A stretch of DNA of 52,606 bases, counting the filler, from Bipalium vagum (lineage: Eukaryota), in NCBI GenBank assembly GCA_037834085.1. It is 3 parts of 3 records of this genome, joined end to end, with 100 filler letters (N's around TTAATTAATTAA, not from the genome) between each part and the next. Parts side by side here need not be neighbours in the genome. Positions count along the whole stretch, not along the records: positions 35,875 to 52,606 come from JBBMKC010096531.1; 2 more parts are not named here. The stretch is one strand, 5' to 3'. Shown here one piece after another: positions 50,480 to 52,606 of the stretch. Made by a program: the position numbers and the translations under genes. Under the pieces are notes generated by a model, which was not told the origin of the DNA, ran no database searches, and worked only from the letters and a program-made list of their open reading frames with translations. Position 1 is the stretch's first letter. Each line of letters begins with the position of its first letter.

Positions 50480-50945
50480 ATATCATGCTCTAAGTGCCTT
50501 TTTATACTGCCATAGATTTTTCATTTGATGAAAATCCTTCCTCTGAGAAATTATTTTAGATCTAGTGAATAAGATGGTTGTTCAACCGAATAATAATTTT
50601 AAACATGTGTCTTGATTAAAAATGTTTTTTTCTTCAAACCAGATATATTTCGGGGATTCAACTGATCTGTTACCCTTGTATAGTGTTCGGAATTATTAGT
50701 TTTGTATTTTTCAGTTTAATCAATCAGCAGAATATCTTTGTCATAACAAACAAACTGTTGCCAACAGCTTTGTTACAATTTGTTTTCTTCGGGTGGGTCG
50801 AATCTACTAGAGACGTTTAGGTTTAATTTAGGATCATGGTAGTAAATCTTTTAGATTATGACGAACTCGTTCGTTGCGATGACCACGATTTGAGTAATTT
50901 CACGAGTAGTCACACTTGGATATTTATGTTGGGTCAGCCAAGGAC
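50480..50945 (-). mobile_element. Probable decayed mariner relic
   Basis: YPSVTTREITQIVVI resembles the second mariner HTH (NPR.TTREIAE); the rest is scrambled. Confidence 0.45.
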
Positions 50946-51038
50946 AAATTTCTGTTAACCCTGATAAAAACCGAAAAGAATCTAGATGATTTATAATTGT
51001 TAATAATTAATTATTAAGATCACAAAAGAGTCAGAAGT

Positions 51039-51039
<1 letters not shown>

Positions 51040-51082
<43 letters not shown>
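51040..51082 (+). repeat. (AAT)n microsatellite
   Basis: Tandem AAT run. Confidence 0.95.
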
Positions 51083-51448
51083 TTCATTAAAAAATAAAAA
51101 AGTTAATTATAAGGAATATTGATAAAAAAGACAATTTTTATTTTTATAAAAATTATCTAATCTTGACAATGGCGAAGCTAAATTGCCAAGATTAGATCAG
51201 GATCCGCAAGAAGAGACCGGTTTATTAATAAAGATCTGAAAAGAGAATTGACATTCATCATTAATCAAGCTTGTCTACGACTAATTAGTCGTCTGACCAG
51301 AATAGTATTTAAGGAGTTGGAATTCGAAGTTGATTGCCACAAAATTATACGGAGATATTGATACGTGAGAAGAGGCAATTGATCTTTAGAAGGAAGCTGC
51401 CACATTGTTAACAGTTAATATTGTTAACTGTAATAATATTTTTGCTCT

Positions 51449-51572
51449 CTATGCGACAGGAGCTGTGCTGTTACTGGGTTTCTGAGCGAACTTGATTGGG
51501 CTCAGTAAACCACCCTTTTGACCTGTCGTTGATAGGTCGGCGAGAGGATTATCATTTTTCTTTTTAAATTGT
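51449..51572 (-). CDS. Candidate terminal coding exon of a gene starting beyond the window
   Basis: aaacag acceptor, then QFKKKNDNPLADLSTTGQKGGLLSPIKFAQKPSNSTAPVA* in locally GC-richer sequence. Confidence 0.45.
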
Positions 51573-52606
51573 CTGTTTAAATATATCTTTGATTTTATCG
51601 ACATTTTCTTAAGACATTTGATTGAATTAATAGTACTTATTATTTATTGATTCTTTTTATTCTTTATTTTGATTTTGTAGAGTCATTGAAAACATTTGAT
51701 TGTGTGATTGTAGATATTTTTATTGACGATTCGATTTGATTATTTGAGATATTGTAATTGTTCCTTTGTTAATAAAGTTTTGTTTGTAGTTGTTTTGATT
51801 CATTCATTAGAGTACACGTTATGACAAAAGTGAAGGGGTCAGTAAACGTTATGACCTAAGTGTTATGACAGCGTTCATAGTAATTTAATACCGTAACATT
51901 TATATAAAATTTAATGAAATCGTTCAAAGATTTTGGGTTTTGAAGGATCATCGATGGATAGTAGCAAAAGAGGACATAAATCCTTCTAATACTTTAACAA
52001 TTTGACTGTAAATTTCTGATGTAATATCCTTTCAGAACAAAAATTTTGATTTTTTTGCGATATTCAATTTTTCCATACCAAAACTAATAAATGACAAATC
52101 AAATTCAAACATGTGCTAAACAATAATAGTGATTAATTCAAACAAAATTAAACGTGTTATGTTGATATATATATTAAACTAGCAAATAGATATTTATTCT
52201 TAAACTGTTAACTTCTCACGAAACCTATTCAACGATTTTATATTTTTATTTAAATTTTGTTTAATAAATGTAAGTAATATTTTGTTAAAAATGTCATCAA
52301 ATGCTAATTTATTTTCAAAAAATAATTTTAGATGATTTTGGTAGATGACATAATTTTCACTAAAAATGAATTACATTATGATAATATGGAAAATTGCAAA
52401 ATATTAAAATAAAGGTCTCAAGAAAAATAGTGTTCTTTGTAAATTATTTATTAAAACATTAACGTGAATTACTCAAATGAAAGCTTTTGAAAATACAGAA
52501 AATGTCAATAAATTATTATTTAAACAGATAAATATACAGGGTGCGTGCGATATTTTCGGAAATAAAATGAAAGAAGAAAAACAAGTATAGCTTTTTTATT
52601 TTTTAT

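Noticed and set aside
52534-52560. TACAGGGTG Tc1/mariner TIR-like start
   Set aside because: It sits at the window edge with no partner end or coding sequence visible.

Overview
AT-rich eukaryotic (animal-like) genomic DNA. It consists of three pieces joined by artificial 100-nt linkers (44 N + TTAATTAATTAA + 44 N at 18468-18567 and 35775-35874), with one plain N gap at 28446-28658. Hand-traced spliced genes, all GT-AG with many 41-55 nt introns: a 7-exon ankyrin-repeat gene (+, 935-2310); a 27-exon PI4-kinase III-alpha (PI4KA, -, 4151-15384) whose N-terminal part cannot be found; the last three exons of a ZDHHC9/14/18-like palmitoyltransferase (-, 17473-18360); and a 12-exon type I PIP 5-kinase (+, 21927-32615). 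The ORF track misses an unidentified small-exon gene end (-, 40279-41331) and two further candidate exons. Introns and intergenic DNA hold many decayed transposons: mariner, Tc1, Merlin/ISXO2-like, Chapaev-like and probable LINE relics. I found no clear-cut novel system. The best leads are the PI4KA/ZDHHC/PIP5K neighbourhood (weakened by the linker), the headless PI4KA, the PIP5K 3' end (symmetric polybasic micro-exons, a recursive-splice-like site, three in-frame TGAs), an in-frame-deleted mariner ORF, and the orphan small-exon gene. All family assignments come from recalled motifs, not database searches.
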